DNA of 63,601 nt, filler included, from Hyphochytrium catenoides (taxonomy: Eukaryota; Protista; Hyphochytriomycota), in assembly GCA_900088475.1 (NCBI GenBank). It is 11 parts of 11 records of this genome, joined end to end, with 100 filler letters (N's around TTAATTAATTAA, not from the genome) between each part and the next. Parts side by side here need not be neighbours in the genome. Positions count along the whole stretch, not along the records: positions 62,570 to 63,601 come from FLMG01002739.1; 10 more parts are not named here. One strand, given 5' to 3'. Position 1 is the first letter of the stretch, and every line of letters begins with the position of its first letter. The notes below the pieces were generated by a model. It was not told where the DNA came from, did no database searches, and saw nothing but the letters and a program-made list of their open reading frames with translations. This document shows positions 63,459-63,601 of this stretch, one piece after another. Position numbers and translations under genes: made by a program.

Positions 63459-63601
63459 GATATGAGTAGCGAATCCTGCAGGAATACCTTGGTAGGTAGT
63501 CGGCGGAATCCTTAGAGGCAATCTGTCCTCAATTTGCCTTATTGGTGCAGAAAATGTCTCTGCTCTCCAAACGAGTGGAAGCTTTCCGCAGCCACTTGCT
63601 G

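Noticed and set aside
1-63601. tRNA, rRNA or snRNA genes
   Set aside because: No convincing cloverleaf or conserved RNA signature seen by eye; a tRNAscan/Infernal run would be needed to exclude them.

Overview
Eukaryotic, intron-containing DNA from a probably flagellated protist (it carries a FAP73/CFAP73 gene). It is not one locus: 11 contigs are joined by artificial 100-bp spacers (N44-TTAATTAATTAA-N44), so adjacency across spacers means nothing. Recognisable genes: Yippee-like protein, membrane-anchored UDP-glycosyltransferase, a spliced bacterial-type amylosucrase (GH13_4) C-terminus, mitoribosomal mS38/COX24-domain protein, signal-peptide J-domain protein, SLC37/UhpC-type MFS transporter, Ser/Thr kinase, DDHD/PA-PLA1-like lipase, Cdc25/ACR2-type rhodanese, INTS1, RLP24, CFAP73, ZSWIM2 and NFU1. 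Mobile DNA: a decayed Pif1-like helicase with a 200-bp fold-back, a Ty1/copia integrase relic, and an intact 1-kb TRIM-like LTR element with a perfect 5-bp target-site duplication. The standout is a two-exon gene (36422-35437, minus strand) fusing an ADAR1-like Z-alpha (Z-DNA/Z-RNA-binding) domain to a NYN/PIN-type ribonuclease domain, a candidate Z-RNA-guided nuclease. All family calls come from motif recognition by eye; no searches were run.
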